From Nanobdellota archaeon (GTDB lineage Archaea; Nanobdellota; Nanobdellia; Pacearchaeales; GW2011-AR1), in the NCBI GenBank assembly GCA_039714095.1, contig JBDLJZ010000003.1, positions 1 through 44,166 on the forward strand: a stretch of DNA of 44,166 nucleotides, read 5' to 3'. Of this stretch, positions 1 to 10,117 are shown in pieces. A program made the position numbers and the translations under genes. The notes under the pieces were generated by a model. The model saw only the letters and a list, made by a program, of their open reading frames with translations. It was not told where the DNA came from and ran no database searches. Each line of letters starts with the position of its first letter. Positions within the stretch are counted from its first letter, which is position 1.

Positions 1-376
1 TATCCTTTTTCTCTATATCGAAAACTTTAGGAATTGCCAGAGCAACAGCATTATTAATTTTAAGTACTTGTAGGATATCCATACCATGATCAAATTGATT
101 TGCCTCAATAATGTATGAAATTAAATTCTTCATGTCATTTGTGAATAGTATTCCAGATTCATAAATATCGATGCTTTTATCTTTAATTTCTTCATAAAAA
201 GTATAGAACCTTGATAGATCTTCCTCTTTATTCAATTTATCAAAGGCCAGTTGAAACATTTCAATTATTGTCATCAATTCAAAAGGAAGATTATCAATTG
301 CAAAAGCAATTAAATTTATCAAATCTGATTGAATGCAATCTGTAATTTTGACCTTGCGTCTAGTCATGGCTATCAT
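1..376 (-). CDS. hypothetical protein, partial (open at window edge); probably foreign to the rad50 locus
   Basis: Manual translation MIAMTRRKVKITDCIQSDLINLIAF...KVFDIEKKD is open to position 1. Its ATG overlaps the upstream TGA (ATGA) and follows a GAGGTGA ribosome-binding site. Confidence 0.6.
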   Translation of the reverse strand, partial: MIAMTRRKVKITDCIQSDLINLIAFAIDNLPFELMTIIEMFQLAFDKLNKEEDLSRFYTFYEEIKDKSIDIYESGILFTNDMKNLISYIIEANQFDHGMDILQVLKINNAVALAIPKVFDIEKKD

Positions 377-1626
377 GCTTTCACCTCATCTAGTTCGGCA
401 AACCATTCTTGAATAAATGTCTTACCAATTTCTAATTCAATCATTTTTATTTTTTCAATAACTTGTTTTTTTTCTTCCTCAAATTCTTCTATTTTTTTAT
501 TATTTGCATTTAAACTATTTCTTGAATTATTCAAAATATTTGCACGATATATTGCGTCAACATCCTGAAAACACGTCGGACACGTCTCAAGATTAGAAAA
601 TTTCTTCTCAAGATTTTCTAAATCATCGTTTTTTATTTTAAGTGAAGTAATATGAGAATTAATTTCAATATTTTTTTCACTAAATTTATTTTTGTCTTTT
701 TTCTTAATTTCAATTTCTCTTTCAATTTTCAAAATCTTCTCAGGATTAAAATCCATTTTTTCAAACTCTTCAATCTCAATTTTAAGCCTCTCAATTAATT
801 TTGCATTTTCAATAATCACTTCATTTTTATTCGCAATCATAATTTTTGTTTTTTCAATTTCTTGCTGTAATTTAACTTTTTCTTCTTTTCTCTTGACAAC
901 TTCCTCCACCTCTTTTTGAACATTTTTTCTTGCTTCTTTTTTAATAATTAATTCTCCTTCAACAACACTAATATTTTGCCGTTTAAAATTAAGTTCTTCT
1001 TCTTTTGAAACAATCTCTAATCTGTCTTGTTCAAGATTCATTGTCGCACCCTCAAGCATTCGTTTTTCTTCACGAAGTTTTGACGTAACAATTGAAATAC
1101 TTTCTAAAATTCTTTTATACTTATCAATTCCAAAAACATGTCTAAGAGTATTAATTCTCGTTTCAGAATCTTGTAAAATAATCTGTTTCATTTCTTCTTG
1201 AGGAGTGTAAACTGTAAATTTGTAAAGAATATTTTGTTTCCTAGAAAATTCTTTAGGATAACTTAATAATTCAAGAACCTTGCTTTTTAATTCAGTCACA
1301 GCAATTTCATTTTTCTCTCCATTAATTGTTATTGCAGCATAATCTTGAGAAATTGTTTTCCCTTTTTTCAAAGTTCTTTCAATCAAAATATTTTTCCCCT
1401 CAACTTCAAATTCAATAACAACCCCTCCCTCATTTGCACCATTTCTTAAAAGAGAAGAACCTCTCTGTCCTGGCTGAAGCCCAAACAAAGCAAATTCAAT
1501 TCCAAGAAGAATTGAAGTTTTTCCAGAACCAATATCTCCTGAAAGTAAAGTTGAACCTTCGTTAAAATTCACTTCTTGTTTTTCATAACTTCTTATATTA
1601 TCTAAAATTATTTTTTTTAGTTTCAT
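373..1626 (-). pseudogene. rad50: Rad50/SbcC ATPase, N-terminal half only
   Basis: Walker A GDIGSGKTS, Q-loop YTPQEEM, coiled coil and zinc hook CPTC; adjacent to mre11. No signature or Walker B half; ends in an unrelated tail GKTFIQEWFAELDEVKA. Confidence 0.8.
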
Positions 1627-2787
1627 TTAAAATTTCAAAATCCTCCTCGCTTCTTCAACAACTCTACTAGAAAATATTTCAGACTTTTCACCTTCTTGTT
1701 TTTCAAGAGAAAGCGAATTCATAAGTTGCACAATAAGTCCATTAAAATCCGAAGGGTTTTGTTCAGAATAAACTTTAATTGTCTCGTCTTCAATATTTTC
1801 TGTATTCTCAACTTCAAGTTCAAGTTTAACTTCTTTTGTTTTCAAATCATGAGTATTTTTTAATAAAAAATAAACATCTTTACTTTTAGCATACTCTTCT
1901 ATCTGCAAAAATTTAATATCAGAATTTTTTCCTTGCTCAAGCTCGCCCCTTAACCTAAGTAAAACTATTTTGTCTCTAATATTTTTATTTTCTAATTCCT
2001 GAATAATCTGTGTTGTGGCTTCAAAAGCATTTGTCACATTAATTGAAATTGGCACAATATCTTTAATATTTAGATTAATGCGCTCCATTGTATTTGCTGA
2101 TTCAGTATCAACAATGTAAAATCTTCCGTATTGTAAATCTTCAAGTTCTGCAAAATTATTCGGAAAAACCGGACCTGGATAAACAAAGTTATCTTTCTTA
2201 AAATCAATATGTAAATGCCCCAACGCATAATAATCTGCTTTAGGAAGCAAGTGTGTTTCAATCGCATCAATAGGAAGTCCCCCCTTTGCTTTGTCAATCG
2301 TAGTGTGTAACATTAAAATTTTAAACATCCCTGGAGTGTCGTTGAATTTTATTTTTCTCAAATCAGGAATCTCAAGCCCAGATTTTTTCCCAGGATACCC
2401 ATAAATTGCAACACCTTCGTGAATCACAGGATTGAGAGTGATCTTTTCTTCATCTTCTTCAAAATTAGTAACATTTTTGCAAAATCCTGCTTTCTCCAAA
2501 ACATCTAAAAAAGTTTTTCCAGATACAGAATAATCATGTGAACCAGCAATAATAAAACACGGAATTCTTGCTTTCTTCAAACGCCTAAACTCAGCAAAAG
2601 TTTCCTTTAAAATTTCAATTGGCGGATACGCTGAATCAAAAATATCTCCTGCAAATAAAATAAAGTCAAGCCTAGAATCAATGCAAATATCTACTGCTTT
2701 TCTAAATGACGCAAAATTCAAATCCTGCATCGGCTGCTGCTTCCATCCTCCAAGATGAATATCAGAAATATGTGCAAATCTCACCAT
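1627..2787 (-). CDS. mre11: Mre11/SbcD nuclease
   Basis: Metallophosphoesterase motifs SDIHLG, AGDIFD, GSHD, ALGHLH; directly upstream of rad50. Confidence 0.92.
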   Translation of the reverse strand: MVRFAHISDIHLGGWKQQPMQDLNFASFRKAVDICIDSRLDFILFAGDIFDSAYPPIEILKETFAEFRRLKKARIPCFIIAGSHDYSVSGKTFLDVLEKAGFCKNVTNFEEDEEKITLNPVIHEGVAIYGYPGKKSGLEIPDLRKIKFNDTPGMFKILMLHTTIDKAKGGLPIDAIETHLLPKADYYALGHLHIDFKKDNFVYPGPVFPNNFAELEDLQYGRFYIVDTESANTMERINLNIKDIVPISINVTNAFEATTQIIQELENKNIRDKIVLLRLRGELEQGKNSDIKFLQIEEYAKSKDVYFLLKNTHDLKTKEVKLELEVENTENIEDETIKVYSEQNPSDFNGLIVQLMNSLSLEKQEGEKSEIFSSRVVEEARRILKF

Positions 2788-2879
2788 AAAGACAAACTAA
2801 ATCAGAATTTTATAAATATTCTTGTGATGATGTGTGGTATTCTAAAAACATTTAAAATATCCTTTTTTCTTATCTCCTT

Positions 2880-4367
2880 ATGAAAGGAAATATTTTATTT
2901 GGAGGTAAAGCAGGACAAGGTCCTAATTTTTTAACACATCTTTTAGGAGAGGCATTAACCAAACAAGGTTATTATGTTTTTTATTCAAGAGATTATGAAT
3001 CTTTAATAAGAGGGGGACACAATTTTAATGTCTTAACTTTTTCAGATGAGCCAGTTTATAGCAACGAAAAAAAAATTGATATCTTAGTTGCATTAGACGA
3101 AAACACAGAAAAAATTCATAGAGATAATCTTAAATCAGATGGAATTCTTTTAGACGGAAATCATTCAAATGTTTATTTTGCAGGAATGCTCTTTAAAATT
3201 TTAAATCTTGAATTTGAATTATTAGAAAATGAGTTAAAGACAAAAGATAAATTTGAAGAAAATATTTCTGAGGCAAAAAAAGGATATAATAACGCCACAA
3301 TAACAATTCAAATTCCAAAAACAAATACAAAAAAATTTAACTTCATCAACGGAAATCAGGGGATTGCATTTGGGGCAATTAAATCAGGGCTTGATGTTTA
3401 TTATGCTTATCCTATGACTCCTGCAACAACGATTTTAGCAGAACTTGCACAAAAGCAAGAGGAAAAGTTGTTTTTAACTTTAGAGCTTGAAAATGAAATT
3501 GCAGTAATAAACGCAGCAATTGGCTCAGCAATGACTGGAGCAAAATCAATGGTCGGAACTTCTGGAGGGGGTTTTGATTTAATGAGTGAAGCACTGAGTT
3601 TAACAGGAATAGCAGAAGTGCCAGTAGTTATTGCATTGATTCAAAGACCAGGACCAGGAACAGGCGTTGCAACTTACACAGGACAAGGAGATTTGCATTT
3701 AGCACGTCACGCAGGACACGGGGAATTCAACAGAATTGTAGTTGCACCAGGCGACCCAAAAGAAGCAGAAGAATTAACCTCACAAGCATTTTATTTTTCA
3801 CAAAAATTCAAAATTCCATCAATTATTTTAGGAGACAAACATATAGGAGAGAGTTTTTACACAATTGCAGGAGAACCAGAAATTACATCTTCAAAAAAAT
3901 CAACAAAACTCAAAAGATACAATAGTTATGAAACCGACGATAATGGAAGTGCAACAGAAAATGCAAAATTAATTATTGAAAATATCAACGAGCGCCAATC
4001 AAAAGCAAAAGATATAGAAAAAGAGGCTTCAAATTTTGAGCAATACAAAGTTTATGGAAATCAAAATTCAGAAAATGTTATTTTATCTTGGGGTTCTACA
4101 AAAGGTGTAATCATAGACGCTACAAAAGATTTAAATTGTAAATTTATTCAGATTTTATATATTGAACCTTTTCCAGAGGATTTGAAAAAACACTTAGAAA
4201 ATAAAAATATAATTTTAATTGAAAACAATGTAACCGCACCAATGGCAGACCTGATTGCAGAAAAAACTGGAATTTTTATTGAAGACAAAAATAAAATTCT
4301 GCGGTACGACGGACGTCCATTTTTATGTGATGAATTAAAAAAAGAAATTGCGGAGAGATTGAAATGA
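2880..4367 (+). CDS. korA: 2-oxoacid:ferredoxin oxidoreductase alpha subunit (gamma-alpha fusion)
   Basis: GGKAGQG, IRGGH, YPMTPAT, ENEIA, TSGGGF and QRPGPGTG motifs. Confidence 0.92.
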   Translation: MKGNILFGGKAGQGPNFLTHLLGEALTKQGYYVFYSRDYESLIRGGHNFNVLTFSDEPVYSNEKKIDILVALDENTEKIHRDNLKSDGILLDGNHSNVYFAGMLFKILNLEFELLENELKTKDKFEENISEAKKGYNNATITIQIPKTNTKKFNFINGNQGIAFGAIKSGLDVYYAYPMTPATTILAELAQKQEEKLFLTLELENEIAVINAAIGSAMTGAKSMVGTSGGGFDLMSEALSLTGIAEVPVVIALIQRPGPGTGVATYTGQGDLHLARHAGHGEFNRIVVAPGDPKEAEELTSQAFYFSQKFKIPSIILGDKHIGESFYTIAGEPEITSSKKSTKLKRYNSYETDDNGSATENAKLIIENINERQSKAKDIEKEASNFEQYKVYGNQNSENVILSWGSTKGVIIDATKDLNCKFIQILYIEPFPEDLKKHLENKNIILIENNVTAPMADLIAEKTGIFIEDKNKILRYDGRPFLCDELKKEIAERLK

Positions 4368-4414
4368 CTAACATATCAACTACAACAAAAAACACCTGGT
4401 GTCCAGGATGTTTT
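4364..4414 (+). repeat. duplicated 5' end of korB (copy of 5169-5219)
   Basis: 49/51 identical; both differences are synonymous (ACT/ACC, CCA/CCT). Its ATG overlaps the korA stop. Confidence 0.95.
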
Positions 4415-4466
4415 CAAATTCAAAAATCTTATAAACTTATGAATCTACATAATAATAATTTAAGTC

Positions 4467-4492
4467 CCCAGTATGACTTCGGGAATGCTGGG
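4467..4492 (+). promoter_or_regulatory. UUCG-loop hairpin in the 5' leader of the NYN gene
   Basis: CCCAGTAT-GAC-TTCG-GGA-ATGCTGGG lies between a TATA-like TTATAAA (4429) and the ATG at 4519. Confidence 0.65.
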
Positions 4493-4518
4493 TTTCCTTT
4501 TCTTTTGGGGGTTATACA

Positions 4519-5172
4519 ATGCCCAAAAAAGTGATTGTTTTTGTTGATGCAAATAATTGGTACCATAATGTAAAAAATTTGATAACTCCAAGCGAAGTAG
4601 ATATTAAAAAATTAGCAGAATTTCTTTGTAAAATTAAAAACTTTGAGTTAATAGATATTTATTGGTATGCTTCAAAACCAAGTATTCAAGACGGAGAAAA
4701 GATGTATTATTCTCATTTGTCATTTTTGAATCATTTAGAAAAAAGCGGAATTAAAATATTTTCAAGAAAATTACAAAGATTATCAAATAAAGAAATAAAA
4801 AAACAAAAATCTCAAAAAATAGATAGTTTAGATTTGTGTAAATCTTGCAAACCATTAATTGAATCTGTTTTTTTAGATTTGGCAGATTTAAAGAAAAATG
4901 AGAAGGGAGTTGATGTTTGGTGTGCAATTGATATGATTGATAAATCTTGCATTGAAAATAATTGTGATGCTTGCATTTTAATTTCGGGCGATGCAGATTT
5001 TGTCCCAGCATTAAATTTGATAAAAAAGAAAAATAAAGATATTTTAGTAGCGAGTAGTCCATTTGGATTTTCAAAAGAATTAAGAGATAATTTTGAGTAT
5101 TTTATTTTAAAAAAAGAAACTCTTATGAAGTGTTTAAGGCAATATAAAAATAATAAGAAAAATAAAAAATGA
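4519..5172 (+). CDS. NYN domain (LabA/DUF88, PIN-like) nuclease
   Basis: VFVDANN, EKGVD and ISGDADF acidic motifs. Confidence 0.9.
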   Translation: MPKKVIVFVDANNWYHNVKNLITPSEVDIKKLAEFLCKIKNFELIDIYWYASKPSIQDGEKMYYSHLSFLNHLEKSGIKIFSRKLQRLSNKEIKKQKSQKIDSLDLCKSCKPLIESVFLDLADLKKNEKGVDVWCAIDMIDKSCIENNCDACILISGDADFVPALNLIKKKNKDILVASSPFGFSKELRDNFEYFILKKETLMKCLRQYKNNKKNKK

Positions 5173-6002
5173 CTAACATATCAACCACAACAAAAAACAC
5201 CTGGTGTCCTGGATGTTTTAATTTCCAAATCTTCGCAGGAGTAAAAAGATTCCTTGAAGAAGAAATAGATTCAGGAAAAGACAAAGACGATTTTGCAATT
5301 GTTACAGGAATTGGATGTCACGCAAAAATGTTTGATTATTTAAACATAAATGGAATTAATTCTCTACACGGAAGGGTTTTGCCAACATGCTTGGGATTAA
5401 AAGTTGGAAATCCAAATTTAAATGTAATAGGTTTTTCAGGGGATGGAGATGCATATGCAGAAGGAATAGCACATACTGTTCACGCTGCAAGATACAATTC
5501 AGATTTTACTTATGTAATCCATAATAATCAAGTTTTCGCATTAACTTTAGGAGAACCAACCCCCACAACTGAATTAGGATTCAAAGATAAAACAACACCT
5601 TTTGGAGTAAATATAAATCCTCTAAACCCTCTAAAATTAATGCTTGCATCAGGCGCAACTTTTGTTGCAAGAGTTTTTGCCGACATAAACCAAGTTAAAG
5701 AAGTTCTAAAAGAAGCACAAAAACACAAAGGATTTTCATTTGTAGAAATAATCCAACCCTGCATTGTTTTTCACAATGACAAAGGTTATAGGGAAAAAAT
5801 TTATAGATTAGAGGATGATGACCACGATAAAACAAGTTTTGAAGAGGCTTGGAGAAAAGCAGACGAATTTAATTATAACACTGTAACTAAAATTCCAGTG
5901 GGGATTTTTTATCAAAAAGAAGCCGAGACTTTTGAGGATAAATTCGCAATGTTAAAAAAGTTCCAAGAAGATAAAACAAGTTGGAAAGATATTAAACGAT
6001 GA
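5169..6002 (+). CDS. korB: 2-oxoacid:ferredoxin oxidoreductase beta subunit
   Basis: WCPGC, GIGC, LHGR and TPP-binding GDGD...NN motifs. Confidence 0.93.
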   Translation: MTNISTTTKNTWCPGCFNFQIFAGVKRFLEEEIDSGKDKDDFAIVTGIGCHAKMFDYLNINGINSLHGRVLPTCLGLKVGNPNLNVIGFSGDGDAYAEGIAHTVHAARYNSDFTYVIHNNQVFALTLGEPTPTTELGFKDKTTPFGVNINPLNPLKLMLASGATFVARVFADINQVKEVLKEAQKHKGFSFVEIIQPCIVFHNDKGYREKIYRLEDDDHDKTSFEEAWRKADEFNYNTVTKIPVGIFYQKEAETFEDKFAMLKKFQEDKTSWKDIKR

Positions 6003-6065
6003 TTCTAAAAAAAACAAACATTTATAAATATTATTTAAATAATACTTTTAGAATATTAAAATAAT

Positions 6066-6362
6066 ATGGAGCCTTCAAAGATAATAGATAACTTAGAAAC
6101 AAAGAAAATATCTCTTAACATAGATGAGAGTATCTTAAAGATGACAGATGAGTTTGCAGAAATTTTAAATACAAATAGAACACAAGTTCTCTCTGCAGTT
6201 ATTCCAGCAGGAATAAAATCTCAAGTAAATTATAATATAAAAACTTGGGGGAAATTAAAGAAAGATAAAAATTATCAAGCAAAAAAAGAAAAGATAAACA
6301 ACCTCATTAGTAAAAATAAAACTTTCAAGGATAAGTGGAATTTGGATTTAATTCCTCAGTAA
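6066..6362 (+). CDS. small protein, possible ribbon-helix-helix DNA-binding domain
   Basis: KKISLNIDESILKMTDEFAE...NRTQVL resembles the CopG/RHH pattern; TATA-like sequence upstream. Confidence 0.5.
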   Translation: MEPSKIIDNLETKKISLNIDESILKMTDEFAEILNTNRTQVLSAVIPAGIKSQVNYNIKTWGKLKKDKNYQAKKEKINNLISKNKTFKDKWNLDLIPQ

Positions 6363-6980
6363 TCTCAATTCCCAAACAAACAACTCCTCAAAAAATAATT
6401 TTTTCTTTGCCAAGATTTCTATTTCATATCCTTTAAAATCAATTCCTTGTGTCAAAGAGCTTGTAAGCAAAAAAATCTTTCCATTTTCTTTCAAATATTT
6501 TTTTGCATCTTGCAAGAATTTATTTATTAACTCACTTCCTTTTTTTCCACCTGTTGTTGCTAATTTTGAATTTTCAGGTTCGTTTTTATCTTCAGGCAAA
6601 TAAGGAGGATTAAAAATAATAACATCAAAACGAGGAAACCCCTTGTTTTCCTCGTGCTCCTTTCTCGAAGCATTGAAGGGTGGCATCTTCTTGTGCAATC
6701 CGATGGATACCTCACAGTTGCTTCCTTCAACATTTTCAAATAAATTTGACACAAAACAATTAACTTCAAGTTCATTACATTTTTTAACAGCTTCAGAATT
6801 TATATCACAACAAAAAATATTTTCTTTTTTTGCACCCAATTCTAAAATATTTTTAATTTGAATTCCACTTCCACAACCAATTTCTAAAAATGTTCCAAGA
6901 ATATTTTCCTGAGTTATTTGTTTTTTCAATACATTCGCTAGTAAGTAAGAATCTTCTGCAGGTTCATAAATTTTTAACAT
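6348..6980 (-). CDS. HemK/Mtq2-family SAM methyltransferase with an in-frame insertion
   Basis: YEPAEDS, LEIGCGSG and FNPPY motifs; extra ~31 aa (GSNCEV...KGFPR) before FDVIIFNPPY. Confidence 0.88.
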   Translation of the reverse strand: MLKIYEPAEDSYLLANVLKKQITQENILGTFLEIGCGSGIQIKNILELGAKKENIFCCDINSEAVKKCNELEVNCFVSNLFENVEGSNCEVSIGLHKKMPPFNASRKEHEENKGFPRFDVIIFNPPYLPEDKNEPENSKLATTGGKKGSELINKFLQDAKKYLKENGKIFLLTSSLTQGIDFKGYEIEILAKKKLFFEELFVWELRLLRN

Positions 6981-7333
6981 TAGAAAATTTTATCCTTGAA
7001 TATAAAAAGACCAAATAAAATCCCAAAAAGAATAATTAAAATACCAATCAACAAAATAATTAATCCGATATTTTTCTTTAAAGATTTTGTAGCTTGAACA
7101 GTTTTTGGTTTTAATGGTTTAGCTTGATATTTTTTTTCAAGGGTTTGTGATTTTTCAACAACTTGTTTAGATTCTACAGGCTTGCCTCGCTGTTCATTAA
7201 AAACAATCTGCGTTGCTTCTTCAATTTCTTTTTTATCATAACCTGCATTGTAAAAACTTTGCATAGCATCTTTTAAACTTGACTTGTGCGCTATAGCTAT
7301 CCTAAGTCCTCCAAGAATTGACTCATTTACCAT
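6980..7333 (-). CDS. hypothetical protein with a C-terminal TM helix
   Basis: 117-aa ORF with a hydrophobic C-terminus; its stop overlaps the methyltransferase start. Confidence 0.75.
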   Translation of the reverse strand: MVNESILGGLRIAIAHKSSLKDAMQSFYNAGYDKKEIEEATQIVFNEQRGKPVESKQVVEKSQTLEKKYQAKPLKPKTVQATKSLKKNIGLIILLIGILIILFGILFGLFIFKDKIF

Positions 7334-7367
7334 AAATAATTTAAGAATTTAGAATTTAAAAAATATC

Positions 7368-8702
7368 TCAAAATTTCAAAACTTTTCCATTAGAACTCAA
7401 ATGAGATGTCTCGCCAAACTTATATCCAAATTCTGAAGCCAATTCAATAAATGGTGTTTCTTGTTCTAAAGATCCATGAGCTGGAATAACATGTTCTGGT
7501 TTTACTAATTCAATTAAATCTCGTAAATCTTCACGACTTCCATGCCCATGAACATGAACATTTGTTTGTAACTTAACTCCCATATTTCTTAATTTTTTAT
7601 CTAATCTTTCACGAAGCATTTGATTTGGTTGAACAGGAATAACACTTGAAGAAAAAATCAAATTATCTCCTTGTCTAAATTTAAACGGAGTTTCTCCCTT
7701 AACAATTCTATCCAATATTGAACCTTTTTCTGCTTGATGCCCTGTACAAACAACCAAATATTTTCCTCTTTCTTTTTCTATTCTTGCTAAAAAAGAATTT
7801 ATCTGTCTACGATATTTAATTAATTTAACTTTATTTTTGAAAGGACATTTCCCAACACTAATCGCACTATTTACATATTTATTCAAACTCCTTCCTAAAA
7901 AAATAATTTGTCTATTAGTTTTTTGAGCAAATTCCACAATATTTTTTAATCTTTCAATATGAGAAGAAAATGTTGTGACAAAAAGTGCCTTATCTTTTCC
8001 TCGTGCTTTTGAAAATGCTTCCTCCAATAAATGTTTTGCAATCGCCTCTCCACCAGGTTTTTTCTCAGTTCCAGAATAAAGAGCGTCTGCAACTAAAACT
8101 TTTACACCTTTTTTACTCAATTCTTTCATACGTTTATAATTAGGAGGATTACCCATTGTTGGATAATTATCAAACTTAAAATCTAACCCATAGAAAAAAA
8201 TTCCATCTTTTGTATGAAGAGCAATAAAAAAACACTGAATTGTTGAATGTGTTACATGAATAAATTCAACTTTCATATCTTTACTAATTTTATGAATAGA
8301 ATTATCTTGTACAGTTTTTTTCACATTTTTTATATTTATTTTATCATCTTCTAAAATTGAATCAATTACAGCCATTGTAAAAGGAGAAGCCATAATAGTT
8401 GCTTTTGGATATCTATGTGAAATATATGGAATTGCACCAATGTGATCTAAATGAGCATGCCCAATAACAATCGCCTTAACCTTATCTCTCCAACCCAATT
8501 TATCTAAAATTAAATCATTTGGAATAGCACCCGCATTCCTGAGTTTTCTCTCAGTATATTGTTGAAAAACCTCATTCTCTTGCAACTCAATAACAGAAGG
8601 CAAATGAAAACCAGCATCAAAAATAACAACATCTTCACCAACCTTAACAGCAGTCATATTCTTCCCAACTTCTTCATAACCTCCAACCGTGCATACTTCC
8701 AT
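7368..8702 (-). CDS. rnj: ribonuclease J (beta-CASP metallo-beta-lactamase)
   Basis: GGYEEVGKNM, HAHLDHIG, HVHGH and PAHG motifs. Confidence 0.9.
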   Translation of the reverse strand: MEVCTVGGYEEVGKNMTAVKVGEDVVIFDAGFHLPSVIELQENEVFQQYTERKLRNAGAIPNDLILDKLGWRDKVKAIVIGHAHLDHIGAIPYISHRYPKATIMASPFTMAVIDSILEDDKINIKNVKKTVQDNSIHKISKDMKVEFIHVTHSTIQCFFIALHTKDGIFFYGLDFKFDNYPTMGNPPNYKRMKELSKKGVKVLVADALYSGTEKKPGGEAIAKHLLEEAFSKARGKDKALFVTTFSSHIERLKNIVEFAQKTNRQIIFLGRSLNKYVNSAISVGKCPFKNKVKLIKYRRQINSFLARIEKERGKYLVVCTGHQAEKGSILDRIVKGETPFKFRQGDNLIFSSSVIPVQPNQMLRERLDKKLRNMGVKLQTNVHVHGHGSREDLRDLIELVKPEHVIPAHGSLEQETPFIELASEFGYKFGETSHLSSNGKVLKF

Positions 8703-8812
8703 TCAAAACAAAATCAAATCAAGTTTAAAAATGTTTTAGAATTTTTATAATCTAAAATAATAAAGATACAAATCTTAGAAAGGTTTAAAAAATTCTTTTT
8801 ATTATAAAATTT

Positions 8813-9772
8813 ATGAGAAGGGTGATAGGGATAGGCTTTTTAGTTTTTATTTTTTGTTTGTCATTTATTTCTTCAGTAATAACAAAAGAAGAGATCAAAG
8901 AAAAATTGGAACAGATTAATATTAATGATTTTAAAATATCTAAAGGGGATTTTGATAAATCAGTTGTTATTATTGGAAAGGCACCTAACTATTATAAAGA
9001 AGTTGTTACAAAGAAAGGGGAAATAGTTTGGTATGACATTTGTTACAAGGATAAATGGTTGGAGCATTATGATGAAACTACCGATATGACGATAAGGACT
9101 GATTATAATATGTTTTTTAATTTTCTTAAAAAATTTTTTGGAATAAGTAGTCCATGTAAAAAAATGTTTGAGAGTAGATTATCCGAGTATTCCCTGACCC
9201 CTGAAAATTATTTAAGCTTGGATTATCCCTTTGAAGAAGATATTTTTGAAGGAAAAGAGGTAATAAAATTTAAAGGTGAATATCCTGGTTCTATTGGGGC
9301 TGGAGATCCTTTAGAAGATTTTGACGCATATTATGACAGAAAAAATTTAATATTAGTAGCCAAAAAATTTTATTGTAATAATAATGATTTTTCAAAGTGT
9401 ATTTACAAAAATGGAACTATTGAATATTTTAATGAAATCAATCAAGGAGTTCAGGAAAGTGATTTTACTTCTCCCGAAATAAGTGAAATGACTAAAATTT
9501 GTGAGAAGGATCTAGAAAAAATTTCTAATTTAACTTTGGCATTAAATAATATTGAAGAAAGTTTGTGGGTAATTCAAGGATTAACAGAAAAAGAAAGAGT
9601 GGATAAAAAAACTAAAGAAATGCGTAAATTGACAAGAGAAGAATATAATCTTTTTATAGATCTTAAGCTACAATTTTGGGAAGCTGAATGTAAAGAAAAA
9701 GATGAAATATCTATTTGTAGTTATGCACAATATCTTGAGAGAAAGGATAGATTTAATGAATGCAAATTTTGA
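8813..9772 (+). CDS. hypothetical secreted protein
   Basis: 319-aa ORF with an N-terminal signal peptide. Confidence 0.75.
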   Translation: MRRVIGIGFLVFIFCLSFISSVITKEEIKEKLEQININDFKISKGDFDKSVVIIGKAPNYYKEVVTKKGEIVWYDICYKDKWLEHYDETTDMTIRTDYNMFFNFLKKFFGISSPCKKMFESRLSEYSLTPENYLSLDYPFEEDIFEGKEVIKFKGEYPGSIGAGDPLEDFDAYYDRKNLILVAKKFYCNNNDFSKCIYKNGTIEYFNEINQGVQESDFTSPEISEMTKICEKDLEKISNLTLALNNIEESLWVIQGLTEKERVDKKTKEMRKLTREEYNLFIDLKLQFWEAECKEKDEISICSYAQYLERKDRFNECKF

Positions 9773-9838
9773 TAGGAAAAAATTATTCTATTTTAATTTT
9801 ATAAAAATTTTTAATAACTCCAATTCCCAATTTTTATT

Positions 9839-10117
9839 ATGAAAAAGAGGAATATCTATATATCTATTATTATTGTAGTAGTTTTAATAATTATTTATTT
9901 CTTTATTCCTAAATCTCCAGAAATTCAAGAATGCCAAATTGATTCTGATTGTGTCCCAGTTTCTTGCTGCCATCCAGATTCGTGTGTTGCAAAAGAACAA
10001 AAACCAAACTGCGAAGGAGTTTTATGTTCAATGAGTTGCGAAAGTTTACTTGACTGCGGTGCAGGTTCCTGCGGATGCAAAGAAAATAAATGCATAATTA
10101 TATCTTCAAATGAATAG
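9839..10117 (+). CDS. small Cys-rich membrane-anchored protein
   Basis: N-terminal TM helix followed by CQIDSDCVPVSCCHPDSC and further Cys residues. Confidence 0.8.
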   Translation: MKKRNIYISIIIVVVLIIIYFFIPKSPEIQECQIDSDCVPVSCCHPDSCVAKEQKPNCEGVLCSMSCESLLDCGAGSCGCKENKCIIISSNE

